A DNA stretch of 64,000 nucleotides from an uncultured Lachnospiraceae bacterium (GTDB lineage Bacteria; Bacillota; Clostridia; Lachnospirales; Lachnospiraceae). The stretch covers positions 5,238 through 69,237 of the forward strand of contig CAMWTP010000020.1 in assembly GCA_947177165.1 (NCBI GenBank). The letters run 5' to 3'. A model generated the notes under the pieces. It searched no databases and was not told the origin of the DNA. It saw only the letters and a list, made by a program, of their open reading frames with translations. A program made the translations under genes and the position numbers. Below, in pieces: positions 19,366 through 28,409 of this stretch; position 1 is the first letter of the stretch, and every line of letters begins with the position of its first letter.

Positions 19366-20928
19366 TTATATATTACTCTTTTTCTGCCGCAGCACTGGTT
19401 TGATATTGTACACCTCTGCAAAAAAAGTAGAATACTTGTCAAATAATCCAAACTCCAGCGTCATGTCTGCATTCGTCTCCACAGTGAGCACCAGCTCATC
19501 GTTTTTATTCACGACTTTTAATTTGCTGCATTTACCCCTGTTACTCAGATCCAGCCCATCAGAAAGTCTCATAATGGCTGTCAGCTTCGCAATTTTCAGA
19601 TATGTCTCTTTGTCGAGTGACGCATTGTTGTCCATAATATGATAATAATCAAATTTTTCTGTAGCATACTTTACAATACTTGCCACAACCTCGCGCTCCA
19701 CATGGGACAGCCCTATGATTTCCGTCGCAGTGATAATATTGTAGGAGTTCTCGCCTACGCTCGCAAGGCTGATGAACCGGCCGCAGTCGCCCAGGATCGC
19801 TGCAAGCTGCAGCAGCAGTCTGTCGCGCCTGGTCAGACCATGAATCTCTTTCATGCTGTCAAAAATCGTGAGCGCGATCATCTCGCGCTCGCGGGTGCGG
19901 TACTCCCCGCTGTGATAGCGCCTGTTGATATCCCTCGCACAGTCGAGAATGTCCTGTTCAAAATCGTGCGGCATGCCGTCAGCATCCGACGGCAGCAGAC
20001 GATTCTGCTCCGCATACTCATATGCGATACCGTCGCACAGAGATACGCCCGGTGCCCACACCATCTCTGCGCCCAGAAGCTTGATCATATACTTGATCAT
20101 CAGCGCTGAGAGGTATAACAGCGAAATATTCTCCTGCGCCAGCCCCAGTGACATTGCAATCTCCCTCGCCTTTTTCTTCTTGAGGGAATCCACAAACTCC
20201 AGGAAATTCTCCGTGCTGACCTGTCCCTTCTTGATGGTCTTGATATAGTTTCTCTGCACAATCAATGACACATAGTCATCTACCAGAATCACATTCTGTA
20301 TCTTCTTATCCCCCACAAACATCTCGCGGAAACTTTCAAAACTGTCACAGACCATCTCCTCCACGATGTCCTCAAGCTGGTAACTCCGATAGGATACCCG
20401 CGCGAGCTCCTCCCGCATGCGAAGCACACCCGGCCGGATATTCTGGGAGGTAACAAGACTGTCCTCATCAAAGAGAGATATCTGGATACTCCCCCCGCCA
20501 ATGTCAATAAAAGCGGTGCTCTTCTCGATAATACTCTGAAAATCCTTCACTCTCGACGCCACAGATTTGTAATCGAGAAACCGCTGCTCGGAATTGCTCA
20601 AAGCCTCGATGCGGATTCCCGTCCACGTCTCAATCTGGTCTAACAGAATCAGTCTGTTCCGGGATTCCCTGATGGCGCTTGTCCCGTATGCCTTATAGTC
20701 GTCCACCTTATACGATTTCATGATTGCCATAAATTCATTCAGCATCCTGCACAGCTCGTCAACCCTGTCATTATTGATCTTCCCCATAAAATACGAGTCT
20801 GTTCCAAGCTCAATCCGGTGTCTGATATGATCAATCTCCTTGATACCATTTTTGCCCGATATCTCGTATATTTTCATCGCAAGCTCATACGAGCCCACGT
20901 CGATTGCCGCAAATGTCCTGTATGCCAT
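19366..20928 (-). CDS. ppx: Ppx/GppA-family exopolyphosphatase
   Basis: AAIDVGS, GTSAIRE, IDIGGGSIQI, C-terminal HD-like domain; adjacent to ppk1. Confidence 0.9.
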   Translation of the reverse strand: MAYRTFAAIDVGSYELAMKIYEISGKNGIKEIDHIRHRIELGTDSYFMGKINNDRVDELCRMLNEFMAIMKSYKVDDYKAYGTSAIRESRNRLILLDQIETWTGIRIEALSNSEQRFLDYKSVASRVKDFQSIIEKSTAFIDIGGGSIQISLFDEDSLVTSQNIRPGVLRMREELARVSYRSYQLEDIVEEMVCDSFESFREMFVGDKKIQNVILVDDYVSLIVQRNYIKTIKKGQVSTENFLEFVDSLKKKKAREIAMSLGLAQENISLLYLSALMIKYMIKLLGAEMVWAPGVSLCDGIAYEYAEQNRLLPSDADGMPHDFEQDILDCARDINRRYHSGEYRTREREMIALTIFDSMKEIHGLTRRDRLLLQLAAILGDCGRFISLASVGENSYNIITATEIIGLSHVEREVVASIVKYATEKFDYYHIMDNNASLDKETYLKIAKLTAIMRLSDGLDLSNRGKCSKLKVVNKNDELVLTVETNADMTLEFGLFDKYSTFFAEVYNIKPVLRQKKSNI

Positions 20929-20960
20929 AGTTACACCCCTTTATCCACATTCCAATTCAA

Positions 20961-22085
20961 TCAATAATTCCCCAATATTTTCATATTGCGCGTCTCCTCG
21001 CGCAGTCCCCTGAGTGCATTCCTCACTGCACTGTCCGTGAGATTTCCCTCAAAATCCAGGAAAAATCTGTATTCCCAGTTTCTTCCCGCGATCGGTCTCG
21101 ACTCAATCTTCGTCACATTCAATCCATTGTACATCAGGTGCGAAAGCGCATGATACAACGCCCCGCTCTCATGGCTTACCTCAAAACACAGGCTGATCTT
21201 GGAAGCTCCCTTTGCAAACACCTTCTGATTCGTGATGACGATAAAGCGCGTCGAGTTGTCCCTGATATCATTGACCCCTCTTTTGAGAATGTCTAACCCA
21301 TAGATCTTTGCAGCTGTCTCCCCCGCGATAGCCGCCTGCGTCTTATCCCTGTCATCTGCGACCTTCTTTGCCGCAAAGGCATTATTTTTCATGCTGATCT
21401 GCTGCCATCCTGCATCGAGCAGATAGTGTGAACTCTGCATCAGCGACTGCGGGTGTGAGTATACCGTCCTGATATCCTCTATTTTCGTGCCTGGCGACGC
21501 CATCAGACAGTGCTCGATTTTAATGATCTGTTCCCCGACAATATAATTCTCAAACTCTACCAACAGATCATAGATCTCACTCACAATCCCCGCCGACGAA
21601 TTTTCGATCGGAAGCACCGCAAAATCCGCACTCCCCTCGTCAATTGCAAGCATCGCGTCGCGGAACGTATTGACATTGAAGCTGTCAACCGCATCCCCGA
21701 AATACTCCATCATCGCAGCCTGCGAGTACGCGCCCTCTGCTCCCTGAAATACGACGCGGCACTTCCCATAGTCAATCTCACCCATCTCTATAAAAGAGAG
21801 CCTTCCCTCGCCATTGTGTCTCGTTATCATCTGATACTGGAGCTTCCTGCTCATCGCCATGATCTGCTCAAACAAGTCCCTGATACCATGCGCGTTAAAT
21901 TCATTGTGCGTCATCCCGCTGACCGCCTTGAGCTTCTGCTGCTCTCTCTCCTTGTCAAAAACCCGCTTCCCTGTCTCGATCTTATACGCCGCCACCTGCG
22001 CGCACACGTCCATCCGCCTCTCATAAAGTTCGACAATCTGGCGGTCAATGCCGTCGAGCGTGTCCCTGAGCTCTGATAAATCCAT
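20961..22085 (-). CDS. pheA: Chorismate mutase / prephenate dehydratase
   Basis: N-terminal AroQ-like domain, LPIENSSAG, SHPQ, NSTRF, ACT motif KIESRP. Confidence 0.96.
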   Translation of the reverse strand: MDLSELRDTLDGIDRQIVELYERRMDVCAQVAAYKIETGKRVFDKEREQQKLKAVSGMTHNEFNAHGIRDLFEQIMAMSRKLQYQMITRHNGEGRLSFIEMGEIDYGKCRVVFQGAEGAYSQAAMMEYFGDAVDSFNVNTFRDAMLAIDEGSADFAVLPIENSSAGIVSEIYDLLVEFENYIVGEQIIKIEHCLMASPGTKIEDIRTVYSHPQSLMQSSHYLLDAGWQQISMKNNAFAAKKVADDRDKTQAAIAGETAAKIYGLDILKRGVNDIRDNSTRFIVITNQKVFAKGASKISLCFEVSHESGALYHALSHLMYNGLNVTKIESRPIAGRNWEYRFFLDFEGNLTDSAVRNALRGLREETRNMKILGNY

Positions 22086-22286
22086 ATGACTTGTCCTCCT
22101 GTATCCCTGCTTTTTCCTTTTGTTGTTATCTAGTATAGCACACCGAATAAAGTTTGTAAAAAAATAATACAGAAATCTTTCATTTTTCTTAGAAATTATT
22201 TATAATATTACTATACACTATAAGCTGTGCAGAAATAAATTTCACAGCTGACCACATCACTCACAATATACACAGGGGGAAATGTA

Positions 22287-23327
22287 ATGAAAAAAAAAGT
22301 TATCACCATCATCTGCGTCATATGCGCTGTGCTTATCATTGCCGGTCTGGCTGTCTTTAAGTACCTCTCTGACCGGGTTCCGCAGAATCCGGCAGGAACC
22401 GTAGGGAACACTGCGGGAAATCTCTATAACAACGGACTCTTCTGCGAGAATGACGGATATGTCTACTTTGCAAACGCCTACGATTCTCATTCGCTCTACC
22501 GCATGCGTCCGGACGAATCCGAGATGGAAAAAATTGCGTACACCGAAGTGGCCAGCATCAATGCAGACGGCAAGTATCTGTACTACTATCAGGGAGGCTC
22601 CGGCAGCGGTTCCGGACTCGGTTTCGTGCTGAGCACCACCGGCGTCTACCGCGTCAATAAAAACAAAGCCAGCGACGCCTTCTGTCTTGACCGTGTTAAC
22701 GGCAAGTATGTCCTTCTCGCGGACAACGACGTGTACTACACCTGCTCCTCCGATGATCTGTCCCTGAAAAAGGTATCGACAGACGGAAAAACCAAAGAGA
22801 CGCTTCTGGAGCTCGATATCCTTCCTGTAAGCGTACAGAACTCTACTTTCTACTACCTGAACAATGAGGAAAACCTGCACCTGATGGCACTTGACCTGCG
22901 GACCAACGTCTCGCGCCAGGTGCTCGCCGAAGACGTGTATATGCCAATCATCGAGGGCAATACGGTTTACGGCATTGACATTCACGACAACTACTCACTG
23001 ATCAGACTCAACATCACCGACGGCAGCAAAACATTGCTCGACACTGGCAGAATCGATCTGATCAATGTGACTGACAGCTATATTTATTATCAGACTTCAG
23101 GCAGCACGCCCCAGTTAAAGCGCATCCGCCGTGACGGTTCTGACATGGAAGTCGTCGCTGACGGCTCCTACAGCAATATCAACGCAACCTCGCAGTATGT
23201 CTACTTTACACAGTTTGGCAGCGAGACTCCTGTGTACAAGACTCCTGTATCCGGTCCTGTAAATGTCACAATATTCGACAGGGCATCGCAGGCGGCCATC
23301 GCGGAAATGAGCAAAAATCTGAAATAA
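22287..23327 (+). CDS. Membrane-anchored beta-propeller protein (DUF5050-like)
   Basis: N-terminal TM, GNTAGNLYNNG motif, repeated YxYY / LxRxxxDG blades. Confidence 0.8.
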   Translation: MKKKVITIICVICAVLIIAGLAVFKYLSDRVPQNPAGTVGNTAGNLYNNGLFCENDGYVYFANAYDSHSLYRMRPDESEMEKIAYTEVASINADGKYLYYYQGGSGSGSGLGFVLSTTGVYRVNKNKASDAFCLDRVNGKYVLLADNDVYYTCSSDDLSLKKVSTDGKTKETLLELDILPVSVQNSTFYYLNNEENLHLMALDLRTNVSRQVLAEDVYMPIIEGNTVYGIDIHDNYSLIRLNITDGSKTLLDTGRIDLINVTDSYIYYQTSGSTPQLKRIRRDGSDMEVVADGSYSNINATSQYVYFTQFGSETPVYKTPVSGPVNVTIFDRASQAAIAEMSKNLK

Positions 23328-23355
23328 ACTGCTGGAATAATCTGCAAAAAGACTG

Positions 23356-23422
23356 AATAAGGTAAAGGAAATCCGGTTATGCTGATAGCATGAAAAAACC
23401 GATATTTCCTTTACCTTATTTT
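23356..23422 (+). terminator. Long hairpin after the DUF5050-like gene
   Basis: AATAAGGTAAAGGAAAT ... ATTTCCTTTACCTTATT, 17-bp perfect arms plus inner pairing. Confidence 0.6.
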
Positions 23423-23872
23423 GATTGCTCTGACCACAGGAACAATCTCATTCAAAACTTTATCAAATGCGGCACAACCGGCTGGTGCATGGAAATCACA
23501 TTTACCGCTCTCGGCGCACTGAGACGGCGGGAACTCCCCCTTGTCGGACAGACTTCCCTGTGGATGTTCCCAATCTATGGCTGCGCAGCTTTTTTCAAAC
23601 CAGTGTTTTCCCTGTTAAAGCACTGCCGGCTGACCGTGCGCGGCACCGTCTACGCACTCGCGATATTTGGCGCAGAATATGCCAGCGGGCGCTTTCTCGC
23701 AGCACATGAGCTGTGTCCCTGGAACTACAACCGCCACCACTGGCATGTAAACGGGGTAATCCGCATCGACTATTTCCCTTTCTGGTTTTTGGCGGGACTC
23801 TTATTTGAACGGATTCTGACCAGTCACGAATCCCCAGCCAGCGACTGCGCTCCTTCCGGCAAAAACTGCTGA
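23390..23872 (+). CDS. Small membrane protein (putative ABC-permease-like family)
   Basis: GWCMEITFT, SLWMFPIYG, EYASG, CPWNY, IRIDYFPFW. Start uncertain; 3' end overlaps the convergent gene by 49 bp. Confidence 0.72.
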   Translation: MKKPIFPLPYFDCSDHRNNLIQNFIKCGTTGWCMEITFTALGALRRRELPLVGQTSLWMFPIYGCAAFFKPVFSLLKHCRLTVRGTVYALAIFGAEYASGRFLAAHELCPWNYNRHHWHVNGVIRIDYFPFWFLAGLLFERILTSHESPASDCAPSGKNC

Positions 23873-25335
23873 TACAGTGCCACATGATCATAAATGCACA
23901 GCCACGAGCTGTTGGCATGCGCCGTAACGCAGATATATTCTTTCCCGTCATTTCCCACGCCCAGACTGGCAGCACAATTTCCGGACTGTGCCACAAATCC
24001 GGTCTTGGCGCAGAGCACCTCCCCATGGGTATCCTTGTCCTCTATCCTTCTGAGAAACCAATTGGAAAGGATAATCCCCTCTGGATGCTGTTCTGTGGCA
24101 GACGTCGTGTAAATATGCGCATTGAGCACTTCCCTGCAAAAGCTGTTGTCGCAGGCAGCCTTCAACATGACAGCGATGTCATAAACAGTACTGTAATGAT
24201 TCTCGTCATAGAGACCGACACAGTTTGTAAAATGTGATGTCTGCGACAATCCCAGTTCTTCAATTTTCTCGTTCATCAGCTCGACAAACGCCTCCTGGGA
24301 ACCTGCGACATAGATTGCAAGCCCCAGCGCTGCATCTGCTCCGGAAGGCAGCACTGTTCCATAGAAAAGATCCCTGACTGTAACCTTCTCCCCAATTTCA
24401 AACCCGGCATTGCTGCATTTGTTGACAAAACTGTAATCCGTGATATCCACTGTGATTTCGAATGTATCATCCAAATCTGTGATATGCTCTGCCGCCACCA
24501 GAATGGTGAGAATCTTTGTCATGGAAGCCGGGCTGATCCGGGCACCTGCCGCTTCCTGCTCCATGATTCTCCCCGCCGCCACATCGATAAAAATGCTATT
24601 CTCACTCCCGATATCCTCGTTCGGCAGTACTGTCGCCTCGTCGGCAACCGCCCTCAGCGGCGGTTCATTGCTCTTACCGCCTATAGTCTGAACAAAAAGT
24701 GTGCTGATCTGTGCAATCTCATCATTGATATGGTCGGCAACGGCACTTCCAGGATAGCAGCCTGCGACATTCAGACTGCCATCGTATGCAATGTCTTTAT
24801 CAGATTTGCCTGTGTCAGAACGGTTTTCATCTATATCGCTATTATCGACAACGCTGCTGCCCGAGTCACTGTTTTCTAAGTCATCATTATCCCGAATAGG
24901 CTCACCTGCACTGCTGTTTTTTGAATCACTGCCATTTCCCGTCTCAATCGGCAAAACATCCTGCCGCCCCGCCTGTCTTCTGACCAGACTCCTGATCCCT
25001 ATTCCAACCAGCGTCACACAGAGTACCAAAACGACAGCACATGGTATCAACAGCCTGCGCATCATTTCCTGCTGCTTTTTCCTGCGTTTCATCTCCTGTA
25101 TCCGCTGCTGTCTGGTCAGACTGCGCCCGTTTGCTGTCTCTTTTATCTGTTTTTGTTTTACCTCTTTTACTTCTTTTCCGTCTTTTCCGTCTTCGCTGCC
25201 GCTATTTTCAGCAGTGTTATTTCCGGCAGCATTTTTCTCCAGATACGTCCCCAGCACTGCGGCAATCTCATCAGCGCTGAGCTGTCTCGTTCCTCCCTCA
25301 TTTCTGTCAATGTCATTCTCTATGTATTTACTCAA
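23824..25335 (-). CDS. D-alanyl-D-alanine carboxypeptidase (peptidase S11)
   Basis: PASMTK (SxxK), SGAD, KTG; one TM and a long low-complexity N-terminus. Confidence 0.9.
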   Translation of the reverse strand: MSKYIENDIDRNEGGTRQLSADEIAAVLGTYLEKNAAGNNTAENSGSEDGKDGKEVKEVKQKQIKETANGRSLTRQQRIQEMKRRKKQQEMMRRLLIPCAVVLVLCVTLVGIGIRSLVRRQAGRQDVLPIETGNGSDSKNSSAGEPIRDNDDLENSDSGSSVVDNSDIDENRSDTGKSDKDIAYDGSLNVAGCYPGSAVADHINDEIAQISTLFVQTIGGKSNEPPLRAVADEATVLPNEDIGSENSIFIDVAAGRIMEQEAAGARISPASMTKILTILVAAEHITDLDDTFEITVDITDYSFVNKCSNAGFEIGEKVTVRDLFYGTVLPSGADAALGLAIYVAGSQEAFVELMNEKIEELGLSQTSHFTNCVGLYDENHYSTVYDIAVMLKAACDNSFCREVLNAHIYTTSATEQHPEGIILSNWFLRRIEDKDTHGEVLCAKTGFVAQSGNCAASLGVGNDGKEYICVTAHANSSWLCIYDHVALYQQFLPEGAQSLAGDS

Positions 25336-25693
25336 CGTCGTCTACCTCAACTGCGCCGATATCAAGTGTATTGAGTGTACGGCGTCTTCTCCTGTCCTCC
25401 TCAGACTTCTCCAGGATAAACTGCTTCACTGCCCTGGAATTTTTGATGTGCTGAATCAACAACAGCGGAGATGTGACATCACCAGTGTGACACACAATCG
25501 TTCCAAGGCCAGACATTCTTTCTATTAAAGAGCTCTTGAGCGTAACATCCTGCACCTTGTACATATAGCAGTCGTTCTCCTCCCTGTTCAGAAAGCCCGT
25601 ATTCACGGTAATGACATCCTCTTTGATCGTATATACTGTAAAAGTAAATGGCAGTCCGAAGAACAGCCATCGTTTTCTCTCCCTGAATTCCAT
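25328..25693 (-). CDS. Bacterial PH-domain protein
   Basis: ERKRWLFFGLPFTFT...VQDV...LIERMSGLGTI pattern. Confidence 0.8.
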   Translation of the reverse strand: MEFRERKRWLFFGLPFTFTVYTIKEDVITVNTGFLNREENDCYMYKVQDVTLKSSLIERMSGLGTIVCHTGDVTSPLLLIQHIKNSRAVKQFILEKSEEDRRRRRTLNTLDIGAVEVDDVE

Positions 25694-25782
25694 CGTTCCT
25701 CTCCTTGTAATGATATATTGTTTTAAAAATATTATAACATTCCCCTATTAAAAGGCAAGCCGAAAAAAATTTTATTTTGTTC

Positions 25783-25811
25783 TTGAAAGCTGTCTGCTGA
25801 TATGATACGAT
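25783..25811 (+). promoter_or_regulatory. Sigma-A-type promoter of the pyrBI leader
   Basis: TTGAAA-17 nt-TACGAT; an alternative extended -10 TGnTATGAT lies at 25798-25806. Confidence 0.6.
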
Positions 25812-25842
25812 AGCAAAGGTATAACTTTGCAGATGGAGGGAA

Positions 25843-25944
25843 ATGGTTATGTTGGGTACTTCTTGTACGTTTCAGTTTGGTTTCAGGTGTAGTTTTCATT
25901 TCCATTTTCAGACATTTTTTTATATTGATACTTTTTCGTATTAA
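25843..25944 (+). CDS. Putative pyrBI leader peptide (33 aa)
   Basis: GGAGG RBS then MVMLGTSCTFQFGFRCSFHFHFQTFFYIDTFSY*; 54 of 102 nt are T; stop overlaps a hairpin and T run. Confidence 0.6.
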   Translation: MVMLGTSCTFQFGFRCSFHFHFQTFFYIDTFSY

Positions 25945-25966
25945 GAGAATTTATTTCTCTTTTTTT
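25943..25966 (+). terminator. Attenuator-like terminator upstream of pyrB
   Basis: AAGAGAA-TTTAT-TTCTCTT then TTTTT; weak AT-rich stem. Confidence 0.55.
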
Positions 25967-26001
25967 ATTCGCCTTAATCACTGTATATTTAGGAGGTTTT
26001 T

Positions 26002-26916
26002 ATGAGACATTTAATGAGTCCACTTGATTTTTCCACGGAGGAATTGGACAAGCTCTTTACTCTCGCTGAGGATATCGAGAACAATCCCGCCAGGTACGCA
26101 CACGCCTGCGAGGGAAAAAAGCTTGCCACCTGTTTCTATGAGCCGAGCACCCGCACCCGATTGAGCTTTGAGTCTGCAATGCTGAGCCTTGGCGGTCAGG
26201 TTCTGGGATTTTCCGATGCCAATTCTTCCTCTGCCGCAAAAGGTGAGAGTGTGTCGGACACGATCCGCGTGATCTCCTGCTTCGCCGATATCTGTGCGAT
26301 GCGCCATCCCAAGGAAGGCGCTCCCATGGTCGCCGCATCGCGCTCTTCTATCCCGGTCATCAACGCCGGCGACGGCGGCCACCAGCATCCCACGCAGACA
26401 CTCACCGATCTCCTGACCATACGCGCGATCAAGGGACGCCTCGACCATTTTACCATCGGACTCTGCGGTGATCTCAAATTCGGCCGCACCGTGCACTCGC
26501 TGATCAACGCGCTCGTGCGCTACGACAACATCAACTTCATATTCATATCCCCCGAGGAACTCACGATACCAGACTATATCATCGAGATGCTCCGCGAGAA
26601 AAATATCTCTTTCAGCGAAGTCCGGAAGCTGGAGGAAGTCATACCGACGCTCGATATCTTATACATGACCAGAGTCCAGAAGGAGCGCTTTTTCAACGAG
26701 GAGGATTATGTGCGATTAAAGGACTACTATATCCTCGACAAGGAAAAAATGGAACTCGCCAAGTCCGATATGATTGTCCTGCACCCGCTCCCGCGTGTCA
26801 ATGAGATTTCCGTCGAGGTCGACGACGATCCCCGGGCCGTGTACTTCCGCCAGGTGAAGTACGGCGTATATGTGCGCATGGCGCTGCTCCTGACACTTTT
26901 AGAGATAACTGTATAG
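26002..26916 (+). CDS. pyrB: Aspartate carbamoyltransferase catalytic subunit
   Basis: [49 protein letters not shown]. Confidence 0.98.
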   Translation: MRHLMSPLDFSTEELDKLFTLAEDIENNPARYAHACEGKKLATCFYEPSTRTRLSFESAMLSLGGQVLGFSDANSSSAAKGESVSDTIRVISCFADICAMRHPKEGAPMVAASRSSIPVINAGDGGHQHPTQTLTDLLTIRAIKGRLDHFTIGLCGDLKFGRTVHSLINALVRYDNINFIFISPEELTIPDYIIEMLREKNISFSEVRKLEEVIPTLDILYMTRVQKERFFNEEDYVRLKDYYILDKEKMELAKSDMIVLHPLPRVNEISVEVDDDPRAVYFRQVKYGVYVRMALLLTLLEITV

Positions 26917-26940
26917 CACTGGAATAGGAGGTATCAGAAT

Positions 26941-27384
26941 ATGTTAAACGTAGGAAAAATCGAGGAGGGTTTCGTCCTTGACCATATCAAGGCAGGCAAG
27001 AGCATGAGCATCTATAAGCATCTGGGACTTGACAAACTTGACTGCACTGTGGCAATCATCAAAAACGCGCGGAGCAATAAGATGGGGAAGAAGGATATCT
27101 TAAAGGTGGAATGTGACATCAATACGCTCAACCTTGATATCTTAGGCTTTATCGACCACAACATCACTGTCAACGTTGTCAAAAACTGTGAGATCGTGCA
27201 GAAACTTCCGCTGTCGCTCCCAAAGGAAATCAAGAATGTGCTGAAATGCAAAAATCCCCGCTGCATCACATCGATCGAGCAGGAGCTTCCGCATATCTTC
27301 GTTCTGACGGATGAGAAAAAGGAAATATACCGCTGCAAATACTGCGAAGAGAAGTATGGCAGCAAGGATAATTTTAAGATATAA
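26941..27384 (+). CDS. pyrI: Aspartate carbamoyltransferase regulatory subunit
   Basis: GFVLDHI, MGKKDILKVE, Zn ligands CKNPRCITS and CKYCE. Confidence 0.96.
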   Translation: MLNVGKIEEGFVLDHIKAGKSMSIYKHLGLDKLDCTVAIIKNARSNKMGKKDILKVECDINTLNLDILGFIDHNITVNVVKNCEIVQKLPLSLPKEIKNVLKCKNPRCITSIEQELPHIFVLTDEKKEIYRCKYCEEKYGSKDNFKI

Positions 27385-27416
27385 AATAAAGCAGGCTTAC
27401 GCCTGCTTTATTTTAT
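27381..27416. terminator. Bidirectional terminator between convergent pyrI and GTPase genes
   Basis: ATAAAATAAAGCAGGC-TTAC-GCCTGCTTTATTTTAT, perfect 16-bp stem. Confidence 0.9.
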
Positions 27417-28345
27417 GCAAAATTCAATATCTCATCCTTAGGCTTTTTGGCTGGCACGACACTGACTGCGTGGAGCACCGGGCCTTCACCGTTGTAATCC
27501 TTCCAGAACTCCCTGTGAACTGTCGCTGTCACTTCCACCCAGTCCTTGTTCGTCAGCTCACTGCACTTGTCATATTTACACGCATACCCCAGAAAAGCCA
27601 TATCATCCGCACAGCAGGTCATCGCCATCCTTCCCGGCACAAAATACGCATTGTCACTGCCCTCGGGTTTTAACACCATCGCCCTGAACTGAACCGTCTT
27701 ATCGAGATACCGGTCGAGATTGTCCATGGCATCCAGATAAAAAATACCATAACCGTAATCGTCAAGAATCAATCGCTCACTCTTTAAGTCATACGGCAGA
27801 TCCTCCTCAAAGATCTGGTTCACTTCACCGTTCTTGTCCTCGAAAATAATCTCAGCCTGCGGGTTCACGGCCTTTACATTTCTCTTAAAGCTGCTCAGCT
27901 GGTCAATCAATCCGTCACAGCGGTTAAAGATAATCAATTCCGACTTTCTGATCATCTCCGCCAGCAGTGATCGCATATTGGTATAATAATTCTGAAATGT
28001 GGAAGCGTCAATCGTCGTGATCTGCTGCTCCAGACGCCAATGCCACGGCAGCTTGAGGTTCTTAAAGTTCCACATGCCGTTGTACTCAATGATGATACGT
28101 TCCGGCTTGCAGCGCTTCTCGATCTCCAACAGATTTGACGCGGTCATCTTGCCTTCCTCATCCACCACTTCCACGACCGTGCGGCTGTTTTTGAGAATAT
28201 CCTCGTCGTACTCAATTTCGCCCTCCTCACAGAGTATCAGAAGTGTCGTGCCTTTCGTCTGAAAATAGGGCTGTGAGAGCGTGTAGGATATAAACTCTGT
28301 CTTGCCGCTCTCCAAAAATCCATTAATAATATATACGGGCTTCAT
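27413..28345 (-). CDS. CobW-like GTPase domain fused to a DUF1980/YcgQ-like C-terminal domain
   Basis: GFLESGKT, EEGE, IEYNG, FNRCD; C-terminal GRMAMTCCADD and WVEVTA. Confidence 0.8.
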   Translation of the reverse strand: MKPVYIINGFLESGKTEFISYTLSQPYFQTKGTTLLILCEEGEIEYDEDILKNSRTVVEVVDEEGKMTASNLLEIEKRCKPERIIIEYNGMWNFKNLKLPWHWRLEQQITTIDASTFQNYYTNMRSLLAEMIRKSELIIFNRCDGLIDQLSSFKRNVKAVNPQAEIIFEDKNGEVNQIFEEDLPYDLKSERLILDDYGYGIFYLDAMDNLDRYLDKTVQFRAMVLKPEGSDNAYFVPGRMAMTCCADDMAFLGYACKYDKCSELTNKDWVEVTATVHREFWKDYNGEGPVLHAVSVVPAKKPKDEILNFA

Positions 28346-28409
28346 ATTTTCTCCAATCCTTGTAAGGAACCGTTATCAACATAACAGTTCGGATATCGCC
28401 ATCAGATCA

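Noticed and set aside
22290-22298. A9 tract at the start of the DUF5050-like gene as a phase-variation switch
   Set aside because: It encodes the ordinary MKKK start of a signal/anchor sequence and is in frame.
25843-25944. Leader as a phenylalanine-sensing attenuator (9 Phe codons)
   Set aside because: The downstream genes are pyrimidine biosynthetic and pheA is 4 kb away on the other strand; Phe richness follows from the U runs. Not formally excluded.
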